From the NCBI GenBank assembly GCA_027366525.1, contig DAHXKG010000008.1:26556-90555 (forward strand): 64,000 nt of DNA, read 5' to 3'. Shown piece by piece: positions 1-9,338 of this stretch. This DNA comes from a candidate division FCPU426 bacterium. Lineage in GTDB: Bacteria; Oederibacteriota; Muellerivitia; Muellerivitales; DAHXKG01. Under the pieces are notes generated by a model that had not been told where the DNA came from, made no database searches, and was given only the letters and a program-made list of their open reading frames with translations. Each line of letters starts with the position of its first letter. Positions within the stretch are counted from its first letter, which is position 1. Made by a program: the position numbers and the translations under genes.

Positions 1-236
1 TCATTAAAAATTTGATAAAAGCACTGGGTGATGCAGAACAAAAAGTGCTACAACTTTATTATTTAGAAACATTAACGTTTAAAGAAATTGGTCAAGTTTT
101 AAAATTAACGGAATCGAGGGTTTGCCAAATTCATCATACGGCAATTTTCCGGATTCAATCGATGATTGAAAGGGGTAATTATTATGGTAGTGCTCAAAGA
201 TATGAACGGGTACATCACCATTACAACCGAGAGTGA
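1..236 (+). CDS. fliA: RNA polymerase sigma-28 factor FliA, 3' end (5' end lies upstream of the window)
   Basis: The frame is open from base 3 with no upstream stop. The translation LIKALGDAEQKVLQLYYLETLTFKEIGQVLKLTESRVCQIHHTAIFRIQ is a sigma-70 region 4 helix-turn-helix typical of FliA. The gene context is flagellar. Confidence 0.8.
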   Translation, partial: IKNLIKALGDAEQKVLQLYYLETLTFKEIGQVLKLTESRVCQIHHTAIFRIQSMIERGNYYGSAQRYERVHHHYNRE

Positions 237-1875
237 TGGTATTTATGTTACAATTTTTCCTCCGGTCGGTAAGGGGAAAATGGTCACTCTTGCTGACCTC
301 AAACAGGAATTGGAAAAATCCAATGTTGGATCTATTAACAATACAATTTTAAGTCAATTAGTCAAACAACAAAATGGTCGACCCCAAAAAATATCCAATA
401 TTACTGCATCGCGTCCAGAAGCGACTCAATGTTTTGTGGAATTGAGTGATGATGCAATGGTTGCCAAAATAACAATTATTCCGCCACAATCCGACACTGA
501 AAAATTTCAAACCATTGGTGATGTGCGAAACGCATTAACGCAACATCAAGTGGTTTTTGGAATTGATGAAACCAAAATGAGCGAACTAGCAGCTCGATTG
601 GAAGAAATGGCTTCGTCCAAAAATATGATTGAATCCGTTGAAATGGAAGTTGCATTTGGAATGCCTGTTAAAGATGGCGTGGATGCATCGTTAGAGTTTT
701 TATACAAAAAAGAGACGGAGGCGGCAGCTTCAGAAGCTACCCCAGAAGGACTTCCTGAAGATGATGAGGGCCGAATTGATTATCGTGCAGTTCATCAAAT
801 TGACAACGTAACCAAAGGAACGGTTTTAGCTAGAAAAATTCCCGCACAACCCGGTATTCCCGGAAAAACAGTTCGTGGAGAAACGATTGAACCTAAAGTG
901 GGAAAAGATATTGAAGTGATTGCAAGCAAGGGCGTCATTGTCTCTCCTGAAAATCCGTCAGAATGGATTGCCGACTCAGAAGGACAGGTAATTGTAAAAG
1001 ATAACAAAATTTCAGTTTTGGCACTTTATGAAATTCCAGGCGACGTTGACTTTTCAACGGGAAACATTGATTTCATTGGCACTGTGATTATTCGTGGCGA
1101 CGTGAAGGATGGGTTTAAAGTTTTTGCAGGCGAAGATCTCGTAATTAATGGTGTTGTAGAAGCTGCGGAACTGAAATGTGGAGGTCGCTTGACGATTGCA
1201 GGAGGGCTGAGTGGAGGGGACCGTGCTCAAGTGACCTGCGAACGGGATGCAACGATTAAATATGTTCGTAATGCAGTAGTTAAAGTTGGGGGAAATTTGA
1301 CGGTGAATCAAGCGATTATGCATAGTAAAGTTACGGTTGGAAATAAGGTGGTGGTCGCTGGTAAAAAAGGTGTCATTGTGGGCGGACAAGTGGTAGCCGG
1401 TATTGAGATCATAGCGGCCTCGATGGGATCTAATTTTGCAACTCCGACAGAAGTGATTGTGGGTGAAATGTTGGGGCTTCGCGAAGAACTTCAGCAAGCG
1501 GAAAATGAATTGAAATTGGCTGTCGAAAATTTGGAAAAAACTAAAAAAGGCATTGTTTTTTTAAAAGATCTTCAAGCTAAATTGGGTGGAACATTACCTC
1601 CAGATAAAAAGGAACTATTTACAAAACTTACTCGAGCTCAATTTAAATTAATGGCGGATACGAAAACATTAACAGAGAAAAAACAGAAAATTGAAAAACA
1701 AGAAGCGGATGGAGCGGAAGATCGTCGGAAAAGAACCCGCGTGGCTTGTCTGGGCATTATTCATACCGGTGTTAAGATTACCATTAATCGTGCATCAAGA
1801 CAAATCTCTGAAGAAATTAAATATTGTACTTTAACCGAAATAGATGGAGAAATTAAGGTAGGACCTTATAAATAA
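184..1875 (+). CDS. FapA-like flagellar assembly protein (DUF342), beta-helix repeats with a C-terminal coiled coil
   Basis: The ORF track gives 166..1875. An ATG at 184 is preceded by AGGGG seven nt upstream. G-rich beta-solenoid repeats are present (GNIDFIGTVIIRGDVKDGFKVFAGEDLVINGVV...). The position immediately after fliA matches FapA/DUF342 in other flagellar loci. Confidence 0.6.
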   Translation: MVVLKDMNGYITITTESDGIYVTIFPPVGKGKMVTLADLKQELEKSNVGSINNTILSQLVKQQNGRPQKISNITASRPEATQCFVELSDDAMVAKITIIPPQSDTEKFQTIGDVRNALTQHQVVFGIDETKMSELAARLEEMASSKNMIESVEMEVAFGMPVKDGVDASLEFLYKKETEAAASEATPEGLPEDDEGRIDYRAVHQIDNVTKGTVLARKIPAQPGIPGKTVRGETIEPKVGKDIEVIASKGVIVSPENPSEWIADSEGQVIVKDNKISVLALYEIPGDVDFSTGNIDFIGTVIIRGDVKDGFKVFAGEDLVINGVVEAAELKCGGRLTIAGGLSGGDRAQVTCERDATIKYVRNAVVKVGGNLTVNQAIMHSKVTVGNKVVVAGKKGVIVGGQVVAGIEIIAASMGSNFATPTEVIVGEMLGLREELQQAENELKLAVENLEKTKKGIVFLKDLQAKLGGTLPPDKKELFTKLTRAQFKLMADTKTLTEKKQKIEKQEADGAEDRRKRTRVACLGIIHTGVKITINRASRQISEEIKYCTLTEIDGEIKVGPYK

Positions 1876-1899
1876 ATAAGTTATTCGAGGATAATACGC

Positions 1900-2244
1900 A
1901 TGATCGGGTTTGATGGAAATTTTTTAGCCATGCAATCGGGGGCAACGACAACCGTGCAATCGGCCCTTCAAGCAGAGATGATAGCTCAACAAGTCCAGGC
2001 TGAACGACGTGGATTGGAAGAAGTCCGAAAATTGAAAGAGCAGGTTAATGATTTGAATGAGATACCGTCTCAAATGAGTACAGGACGCGTTGGAGATTCG
2101 GAACAGGATAATCAGCCAGCTCCAGAAGATCAATTTTTACGGTCTTCGCCCAAATCGCCGGATGAATCAGATGATCCAAAGATCTCTTCAAAAAATATAT
2201 CCAAGTTATCGGAGCCGATTCATCATATTGATTTGCGAGTGTAA
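1900..2244 (+). CDS. hypothetical acidic protein in the flagellar operon
   Basis: 114-aa ORF tightly spaced after the FapA-like gene. No recognisable motif. Confidence 0.4.
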   Translation: MIGFDGNFLAMQSGATTTVQSALQAEMIAQQVQAERRGLEEVRKLKEQVNDLNEIPSQMSTGRVGDSEQDNQPAPEDQFLRSSPKSPDESDDPKISSKNISKLSEPIHHIDLRV

Positions 2245-2247
2245 ACG

Positions 2248-2913
2248 ATGACGATTTTTATTTTCTTACAAGTTTTTTTTGATGCCATTTTCATTTTTGG
2301 ATTTTTAGTCTTGATTTATTTTATGATCCATCGTTCTGATAAAAAAGAAGAGACGGATCTCATCCAAAACTTAAAAATTCATGATGTGAAGGAAGATTTA
2401 AAAGAAATGGTAAATACCATGACAGAACTAGGCCAAAAAACCTCTAATGAGCTTCAAGAAAAAGTGGAGCAGGCTCAACAATGGATGCATGAATTGAATT
2501 TTTTTATGAGGAAAAAATCAATATCAACACGTGGAAGTGATGCCCCAAGTTTTAATCGAGGTCGAGAGATACATAAAAAAATTAAGACAGTTAAGCCTAA
2601 AAAACGTTTTCCAAAGAAGCCCAAGCCGGTGGCTACGACTGCCGTGGACGATAAGTTGAAAACTTTATCCACTTCGAAACCCATAGAAAAACCGTCCTCA
2701 TCGATTTCTTCCTTTACAAAACCTGGAAAAATAGCGTATGATTTTCCTAGAGTGGATATGCTGGGTATCCCAATTAAAACGATTGAAACCATTTATCGAT
2801 TAGCCGATGAAAAAAAAGAAGTATTTCTTATTGCTAAGTCAGTGGATTTGAGTGTGGCAGAAGTCCAATTGATTTTAAATTTACGCAGCGGACATTTTAC
2901 AATATCAAACTAA
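2248..2913 (+). CDS. hypothetical membrane-anchored protein (N-terminal TM, Lys/Pro-rich middle)
   Basis: 221-aa ORF starting 4 nt after the previous stop. Has a hydrophobic N-terminus (IFIFLQVFFDAIFIFGFLVLIYF) and a coiled-coil/Lys-rich region. Confidence 0.45.
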   Translation: MTIFIFLQVFFDAIFIFGFLVLIYFMIHRSDKKEETDLIQNLKIHDVKEDLKEMVNTMTELGQKTSNELQEKVEQAQQWMHELNFFMRKKSISTRGSDAPSFNRGREIHKKIKTVKPKKRFPKKPKPVATTAVDDKLKTLSTSKPIEKPSSSISSFTKPGKIAYDFPRVDMLGIPIKTIETIYRLADEKKEVFLIAKSVDLSVAEVQLILNLRSGHFTISN

Positions 2914-2975
2914 TCTACAGGAGTTTAAAGAGAATCATTTGTGTTAAAATTCATGAATAACGTTTTTAGCTTGGC

Positions 2976-3521
2976 GTGTATGAACATGAGTTTTTAAAAA
3001 ATTCAGGAAGGGATTATGTGATTACAACAAATGAAGCGAATGTGATATTAAAAAAATCGCAAGAACTCGCTAAAAGCTACTCAACTCCTGCAATGGATCG
3101 GCACGATAATCTGTCCCCGGATACCAAGTCGACAAAAATATTGCCGGGGTCGTTGATTGAGTCTATGTTTCTTCCTTTGGACTTTGGTGGGAAGAACGCA
3201 CATATAAAAATCGAAGTTTATGGAAGTCAACGGCATTCAAACTGGGCAGATCCGATTATTCAAGAAAAGGCTTTTTATCTTGTTATCACGACTAAAACGG
3301 AATATCAAGGCACTATTCAGTGGAGTATTTATTTGAAAGGGAATGATTTAGCATTGCAAGTGTACAGTAATCAAGCGAAAATGTCGGATCAAGTTCAACA
3401 AGTAGTTCAGACTGCTGAAATCGCTTTGCGTCAACAAGGATACCGTATACTATATCCAACAGTATTTTTAAAATATCCATTTCAAGTACCTAAAAAGTTT
3501 ATAGTGGAATTGAGAGGCTAA
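2976..3521 (+). CDS. hypothetical protein, flagellar-locus associated
   Basis: 181-aa ORF. Its stop lies 1 nt before the flhB-C-like gene, which suggests translational coupling. Confidence 0.4.
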   Translation: MYEHEFLKNSGRDYVITTNEANVILKKSQELAKSYSTPAMDRHDNLSPDTKSTKILPGSLIESMFLPLDFGGKNAHIKIEVYGSQRHSNWADPIIQEKAFYLVITTKTEYQGTIQWSIYLKGNDLALQVYSNQAKMSDQVQQVVQTAEIALRQQGYRILYPTVFLKYPFQVPKKFIVELRG

Positions 3522-3522
3522 A

Positions 3523-3834
3523 ATGCCATTTATTAGAAGCCGTTTTAACAATCGAGGTAACCGAAAAATGGCGATTGCTTTGACTTACAAACGTGATTCG
3601 ATGGGCGCGCCACAAGTGGTTGCCAAGGGACGCGGTGTGATGGCCGATCGAATTTTAGAACTGGCTCAACAGCATCATGTTCCGGTAAAACAAGATAAGT
3701 TTTTGATGGAAACGTTGGATCAAGTTGGCTTGGGACAGCAAATTCCCGCTGAACTTTATCAAGCGGTGGCAGAGGTTTTAGTGGCTGTTTATCGAACAGA
3801 ATCTGGTTTTAAGAAGCAGAATCCAGGACTCTAG
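3523..3834 (+). CDS. FlhB C-terminal domain-like protein (EscU/YscU family small homolog, YlqH-like)
   Basis: The segment MAIALTYKRDSMGAPQVVAKGRGVMADRILELAQQHHVPVKQDKFLMETL matches the FlhB C-terminal domain pattern (KAAALKYD...APVVVAKG.G..A..I...A.EH.IPI.ED..LAR.L). Confidence 0.7.
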   Translation: MPFIRSRFNNRGNRKMAIALTYKRDSMGAPQVVAKGRGVMADRILELAQQHHVPVKQDKFLMETLDQVGLGQQIPAELYQAVAEVLVAVYRTESGFKKQNPGL

Positions 3835-3917
3835 ATCGTTAAAATTTAAAAAGGATGAATTTAAACTTGGAGAGAACTTGTTATGGTGAAAAGATTTTCT
3901 TGGAAAGTAATTTTTTA

Positions 3918-6020
3918 ATGAAAAAAATTATTTGGAGTTTAAGTTTAGGGTTGTTGCTTGTGAGTTGTCTTATAAGCCGTGGGTATGCCCAAAATACCAA
4001 TTCACTTATTTTTGATCAACCCAATTCGTCGGGAATAGGTCCACGAGCAATGGGCATGGGGAATGCCTTCAGCGCGGTAGCCGATGATACCTCAGCAGTT
4101 TACTGGAATCCGGCAGGTTTAGTTCAAATTCCAGCATATGCACTCTCACTTTCAAGTGCTCCAATCTATTTCCAACAAAAGCTTAATGGGGTTCCGCTGT
4201 TTGGAGAACCATATTATGCGTCAATCCAATTTGTAGCTCCTATTTCACAAGAAAATACATTAGCGATTTCTTTGTTTAGAAATTTTCATCCTCAAATCGA
4301 TTTTTTTACTGGAAATACATCATTGTCGCTAGCTCAACAGGATGAGGCCAGCTATCTTTTAAATCCATCTTTTCAGGCAGATGAGTTGGTTTTATCATAC
4401 GCGGCTGATTTTGCGTCGTTCCCGGATTTTTCAATCGGTGTTAATGTTAAAAGTATTACCAATGATCGATATTACATAAGTAACTTCCCAATTAATGCAG
4501 CAAGTGAACCGGGCGTTTATAATGCTCTTCAAAATCCCATTCGTGTTCGAGGGTTTGGAGTTGATCTGGGGTTTTTATATCGAATTCCTTTAACGAAATA
4601 CACGCAAGAGCTTCGAGCTGCTGTGGTATTAAAAAACTTGGTTAGTCGTGTGGATTTTTTAAATGGATTAATTTTCAATAGTACTTCTGGTGTTGCTTTT
4701 AATATTGGTCCTGGATTTGAAACCCAAGTTCCACCAGAAGCTATTATTGGCGTTGCATATAAAAACAATGCGTTTTTTGGGATTCGCAATATTACAGATA
4801 TCGATTTTGATCAAATTTCTGATCCACGATATAACAGCAATAATAATAAATATATTCGTGTGGGAACAGAATTTTGGTTATTCCATGACATTCTTGGAAT
4901 TCGCGGTGGATACGAGACACTTTTAAGCACGCCAGGAACCTTAACCTTAGGGGCGAGTGTACGGGCTTTAAATGGTGATTTTGAGACCGACATTGCATAT
5001 TTGAAGCCAATTTCACCGAATGTTCAAACTCAACCCAATTCTCAAATTGCGACTTTAACGTCTAATGGCGTTAATTTTGAAGATTTTTATATTGGTCTTT
5101 CATATTACTTCGGGCAAGCTCCGGCTATCCCGCCACCGACCGTACATGCTTCAGTGTTTCCCCAAGCTTTTCAACCTTCGCAAGGTCAAACAGCTGCCTT
5201 TGCTTTAGATACTTCCGAAGGCATTCCTATAAAGAATTGGAATGTATTTATTTATAATTCACAGAATCAACTGGTTCGAAATATTGGGGCGCAAGGCAAT
5301 CCGCCTACAACGATTTTATGGGGTGGCGAAAACAATCAGTTCCAGCCCTTGCCGCCAGGGGTATATACATGGGCATTTCAAGTCCGAGATCGATTAAATC
5401 ACGTTGGTGCTACACGAATTCATTCAGTTGAAATTTTGCCACCACCTATATCTCCTGTTGCACCTAACCCCGCAAAATTGTATACTATGAGACAACAACA
5501 AGTTGCGCTGCTGAATCAAGAACGTCAACAACTATCCAATTTAGCGCAAAAGGAAATGCAAAAATTGCTAGCTGCAGCTACGCCAAACACAGCTCCTGCT
5601 TATGCCGGTCCGGTTTCTTATGTGACAAATGCAGCCGGAAATACAACAGTACCTAGTGCGGGACCGGTACCGGTACTAGGGTTTACTAATTTACCACCGC
5701 AACAAGTACTCAATGTGCATTTCCGGCCAACTGCTACGGGTCAAACGAATGTAGTTATTAATTATCAATCCCGACTCGATTATGTCCCTTATATTTACCA
5801 AGAAGCAGGACAAGTAATTCGATCGGCAGCGAAGTCGTTGGGCACTTCAACCATCAATCAAGTAATTACCCATGTTTATTATGGGAAGAATGAAATGACA
5901 ATTCAAACGCCTTCTGCTGTTGCTTTGGAATATGCTCACCGAGCTATTCGGTTGCAACAAACATTAAATCTGTCCACGATTGTTATTGATGGACAAAAGG
6001 TAGCTCCAAATGGGATTTAA
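3918..6020 (+). CDS. FadL/PorV-family outer-membrane beta-barrel protein with a C-terminal FlgD-Ig-like domain, embedded in the flagellar operon
   Basis: The ORF track gives 3855..6020. A likely start is the ATG at 3918 (MKKIIWSLSLGLLLVSCLISRGYAQ signal peptide). The N-terminal hatch motif GPRAMGMGNAFSAVADDTSAVYWNPAGL is FadL/PorV-like. Roughly aa 435-520 (ILWGGENNQFQPLPPGVYTWAFQVRD) resembles FlgD Ig-like / Por C-terminal sorting domain folds. Confidence 0.6.
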   Translation: MKKIIWSLSLGLLLVSCLISRGYAQNTNSLIFDQPNSSGIGPRAMGMGNAFSAVADDTSAVYWNPAGLVQIPAYALSLSSAPIYFQQKLNGVPLFGEPYYASIQFVAPISQENTLAISLFRNFHPQIDFFTGNTSLSLAQQDEASYLLNPSFQADELVLSYAADFASFPDFSIGVNVKSITNDRYYISNFPINAASEPGVYNALQNPIRVRGFGVDLGFLYRIPLTKYTQELRAAVVLKNLVSRVDFLNGLIFNSTSGVAFNIGPGFETQVPPEAIIGVAYKNNAFFGIRNITDIDFDQISDPRYNSNNNKYIRVGTEFWLFHDILGIRGGYETLLSTPGTLTLGASVRALNGDFETDIAYLKPISPNVQTQPNSQIATLTSNGVNFEDFYIGLSYYFGQAPAIPPPTVHASVFPQAFQPSQGQTAAFALDTSEGIPIKNWNVFIYNSQNQLVRNIGAQGNPPTTILWGGENNQFQPLPPGVYTWAFQVRDRLNHVGATRIHSVEILPPPISPVAPNPAKLYTMRQQQVALLNQERQQLSNLAQKEMQKLLAAATPNTAPAYAGPVSYVTNAAGNTTVPSAGPVPVLGFTNLPPQQVLNVHFRPTATGQTNVVINYQSRLDYVPYIYQEAGQVIRSAAKSLGTSTINQVITHVYYGKNEMTIQTPSAVALEYAHRAIRLQQTLNLSTIVIDGQKVAPNGI

Positions 6021-7587
6021 AAAACTAATTCTTTTGACTGCATTAGTGCTTTTAACGGGAACGGCCTGGGGAAGTTATTTTACCCTTGGGGGTGTATCCG
6101 GATTTGGGGCTAGACCTATTGGAATGGGTGAAGCGTATGCGAGTGTGGCCGATGGCCCAAGTGCTATTTTTTATAACCCGGCAGGACTAGTTCAGGTACT
6201 TCGACCCACTATTTCAGGCATGGGAGCTGCACTTTTAAATGGAAAAGAATTTACGGGCGACTTGGAATATGTTCAGCCTTTTGGTGATCAGATGGCATGG
6301 GCGATTGCAAGCACGGAATTGTATCACACAGAAGGGGCTTTAACCGTCGAGCGAGTTTATTACGTGACTTTAGCAACGCCGTTATCCATCAATAAGTCAT
6401 TTTCATTTGGTGTTAATTTTAAATATTACACGGTGAGTTCTTCAGTTCTCCCTGATAGTGCAGGCGATGCATTTGGAATTGATTTAGGCTTTTTATATCA
6501 TATCCCCATTCCTAATCCAACTTATGGAAAGCAAATCAACTTGGGTTTGAGTGTTCAAAACTTGGATACAGTGCTCACCCAATCCAACGGAGCGAGCCAA
6601 CAACTTCCCACAGACGTTCATGTGGGATTAAGCTATCAAATTAATAATTCCTTAGAAGCTGCGTTCGAAACCGAATCGTTTAAAGATCCGGATACAAACG
6701 GAAAAGTAACCATCCTTCATGCCGGCATTGAGGCTTGGTTCTTTCAAGACCATTTGGGTTTAAGAACGGGTTATGATGGATTCCAAACATTAAATGGTGA
6801 ATTTACCGCTGGTATTAGTTACCGGGGGTCAAGCTGGGGAATTGACTATGCCTATATTGGGCATCCGCAGTTCTTGGGGTCATCACATCGTATTTCTGCC
6901 GAATGGCGTTTTGGAAGAAGTTTCTTGGGGAATTCAGAAACATTTGTTCCTCAAGATGTCGTGGCTTATGTTCGCGGCAACATTATTACCATTCAATGGA
7001 CAGGGTCGCGAAGTATTAACTTAGAAGGTTATAATGTTTATTTTACCAAAACGTCAGGTTCAAACTATGTCAAAATCAATCAAAAACCGATTCAAGAAAA
7101 TTACTATGCTGTTCGAGGTCTTGAAAAAAACACTACATATTATTTTGTTGTAACTTCGGTTATGAATACAAAGCCGCCGATGGAAAGCCAATATTCACGT
7201 GAGGTTCGAGCGATCACAACTTCGGCTCCAGTAGCGCCTGTTTTGGCTAAAGCGCAAGTAAGCCAAGAGGGGGCCATCGATGTGGCTCGGCAATTTGACA
7301 TGGTTTCCTTTGGAAGTCCAGCCAAGCAGGGCTTAAAAGGATATAACATTTATATGTCAGAGGTTCAGGGTGGGCGATTTATTAAGGTGAATGGGTTGCC
7401 AATTGGGAATGTGCCAACCTATGTTGTTCGTCACCTATCCATTGGACAAACCTATTATTTCCGCTTTACTTCAGTGGGGACCAATGGGGTGGAAAGTGCA
7501 CCTTCGAAAGAAGTTTCGGCGATTGCATTGCCTTATGCGACGGTGATTCAATCAACGCTTACATTGCCTAAAAAATCAAAACCTTAA
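6010..7587 (+). CDS. FadL/PorV-family outer-membrane beta-barrel protein with two C-terminal fibronectin type III-like domains
   Basis: Signal peptide present. The motif GARPIGMGEAYASVADGPSAIFYNPAGL is a paralog of the upstream gene's hatch motif. There are two FN3-like repeats (YNVYFTKTSGSNYVKIN...TTYYFVVTSV and YNIYMSEVQGGRFIKVN...TYYFRFTSV). The start overlaps the upstream gene and the stop lies 15 nt before flgF. Confidence 0.6.
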   Translation: MGFKKLILLTALVLLTGTAWGSYFTLGGVSGFGARPIGMGEAYASVADGPSAIFYNPAGLVQVLRPTISGMGAALLNGKEFTGDLEYVQPFGDQMAWAIASTELYHTEGALTVERVYYVTLATPLSINKSFSFGVNFKYYTVSSSVLPDSAGDAFGIDLGFLYHIPIPNPTYGKQINLGLSVQNLDTVLTQSNGASQQLPTDVHVGLSYQINNSLEAAFETESFKDPDTNGKVTILHAGIEAWFFQDHLGLRTGYDGFQTLNGEFTAGISYRGSSWGIDYAYIGHPQFLGSSHRISAEWRFGRSFLGNSETFVPQDVVAYVRGNIITIQWTGSRSINLEGYNVYFTKTSGSNYVKINQKPIQENYYAVRGLEKNTTYYFVVTSVMNTKPPMESQYSREVRAITTSAPVAPVLAKAQVSQEGAIDVARQFDMVSFGSPAKQGLKGYNIYMSEVQGGRFIKVNGLPIGNVPTYVVRHLSIGQTYYFRFTSVGTNGVESAPSKEVSAIALPYATVIQSTLTLPKKSKP

Positions 7588-7602
7588 ATTCAGGAGAAGT
7601 AG

Positions 7603-8394
7603 ATGCCAAGTGGACTTTATATAGCAGCATCAGGAATGAATGCAACCATTCAACAACAGAATGTTATTGCTAATAATTTGGCTAATCTTAATACGACAGG
7701 TTTCAAAGGAAGCAGCGCCGTTGATGTAGCATTTCCAACATATCTTTATACGCGATTAAACGATCAATATCTTAAATCGCTAAATGGCGTGCAAAATTTG
7801 ATACAACCCATTGGCTTGATGGGTGGCGGTGTGGACACTGAAGAAGTTGCAACTGATTTTGCGCAAGGCTCCATGCTTCAAACTAAAGCGCCGTTGGACT
7901 TTGCAATTAATGGGAAAGGCTTTTTTACCATTCAAGGACCCAATGGTCATTTATTGTATACCCGAGATGGAAGTTTTAACTTAAATTCCAATGGGGAACT
8001 CGTTACCAAAGATGGATATCCAGTTTTGGGACATGCGGGTACGATTTATATTAATAGCAATGGACATAAAATTGTTGTGGATTCTCAAGGAGATATTTCG
8101 GTTGATAATCAACCGATTGATCAATTGCAAATTTCAAATATCTCCAATTTAAATCGATTGGTGAAATTAGGTCATTCGCTTTATGAAGTACCTCAAGGTG
8201 ATTTTGTTAATTTTGAACCCAACCACGTTCAGGTTGAGCAAGGCTATTTGGAACAATCCAATGTGAATGGGATTCAAGAAATGGTTTCAATGATTGCGGC
8301 TTATCGTTCATATGAAACTAATGCAAAAGTTGTTTCCATGTATGATGAAATTATGGGTGATGCGGCCACGCAGGTGGGCGATATCAATGCTTGA
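7603..8394 (+). CDS. flgF: flagellar basal-body rod protein FlgF
   Basis: N-terminus SGLYIAASGMNATIQQQNVIANNLANLNTTGFK matches the rod-protein family. C-terminal rod motif QGYLEQSNVN...EMVSMIAAYRSYE is present. Confidence 0.85.
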   Translation: MPSGLYIAASGMNATIQQQNVIANNLANLNTTGFKGSSAVDVAFPTYLYTRLNDQYLKSLNGVQNLIQPIGLMGGGVDTEEVATDFAQGSMLQTKAPLDFAINGKGFFTIQGPNGHLLYTRDGSFNLNSNGELVTKDGYPVLGHAGTIYINSNGHKIVVDSQGDISVDNQPIDQLQISNISNLNRLVKLGHSLYEVPQGDFVNFEPNHVQVEQGYLEQSNVNGIQEMVSMIAAYRSYETNAKVVSMYDEIMGDAATQVGDINA

Positions 8395-8531
8395 AATACG
8401 AGGTGGAAGTCAGTAGAATTTTAATGTGTTTTAAAACGGCTGGACTGCTAGGCAGAAGCCGTTCTTCGTAATCGACTAATAACGAGGAAACACAAGTGGT
8501 TGTAGTTAAGCTTTGCTGAAAAGGAGGATTT

Positions 8532-9323
8532 ATGCAAGCGCTTTACACTGCCGCAACCGGCATGAATGCACAGCAGATGAATATTGATACGATTTCGAAC
8601 AATCTCGCCAACGAAAATACGGATGGGTTTAAGGAACAGCGCGTAGAATTTCAGGATTTGATGTATATCAATGTCAAAAAACCTGGAACGCCAACTACTC
8701 CAGATACAGTTCGTCCTGTTGGTATCCAAATTGGCGAAGGAGTCAAACCCGTTGCCACTCAGCGTATTTTTACAGAGGGAAGCATTCAAAATACAAATAA
8801 TCCGCTGGATCTCCTTATTCAAGGAAGCGGGTTTTTCCAACTTACAGACCCCAACGGCAATATCGTTTATACGCGCGATGGAGCATTTGAGCAAGACGCG
8901 AATGGAAATATCGTTAATGCCGAAGGATATAAACTTAATCCTCCTGTCCAAATTCCAGCGAATACGACGTCCATTTCAATTAACTCAGCGGGTGCGGTTT
9001 ATGTGCAAACCGTTGGATCAACTCAACAGCAACAAGTGGGACAAATTGAATTGGCTCAATTCGTTAATCCAGATGGTCTGGTGGCATTGGGTAACAATGA
9101 CTTTACTCCATCGGCAGCTTCAGGCAACCCAGAAGTGGGAATCCCAGGTCAAAATGGGTTTCCAACAATTCAAGAAGGGTCTTTAGAGTTGTCAAATGTC
9201 AACACTGTTGAGCAAATGGTCAATTTGATAGTGGCTCAAGAAGCGTATGACATGAACGCCAAAGCAGTTCAGACTGCAGATACTATGTTGAGTACGGTTG
9301 CCCAGCTGCCCATATTACCGTGA
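8532..9323 (+). CDS. flgG: flagellar distal rod protein FlgG
   Basis: N-terminus MQALYTAATGMNAQQMNIDTISNNLAN and C-terminus EGSLELSNVNTVEQMVNLIVAQEAYDMNAKAV are the canonical FlgG ends. Confidence 0.9.
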   Translation: MQALYTAATGMNAQQMNIDTISNNLANENTDGFKEQRVEFQDLMYINVKKPGTPTTPDTVRPVGIQIGEGVKPVATQRIFTEGSIQNTNNPLDLLIQGSGFFQLTDPNGNIVYTRDGAFEQDANGNIVNAEGYKLNPPVQIPANTTSISINSAGAVYVQTVGSTQQQQVGQIELAQFVNPDGLVALGNNDFTPSAASGNPEVGIPGQNGFPTIQEGSLELSNVNTVEQMVNLIVAQEAYDMNAKAVQTADTMLSTVAQLPILP

Positions 9324-9338
9324 TGTATTGAGAAATTT

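Noticed and set aside
795-1497. Minus-strand ORFs (795..1007, 1054..1497) inside the FapA-like gene
   Set aside because: They lie wholly inside a well-supported + strand CDS, have Cys/His/Arg-rich composition and no motifs. They are frame artefacts.
8448-9186. ORFs 8448..8951 (-) and 8671..9186 (+) overlapping flgG
   Set aside because: flgG in the third frame has canonical rod-protein N- and C-terminal motifs. The overlapping ORFs have no support.
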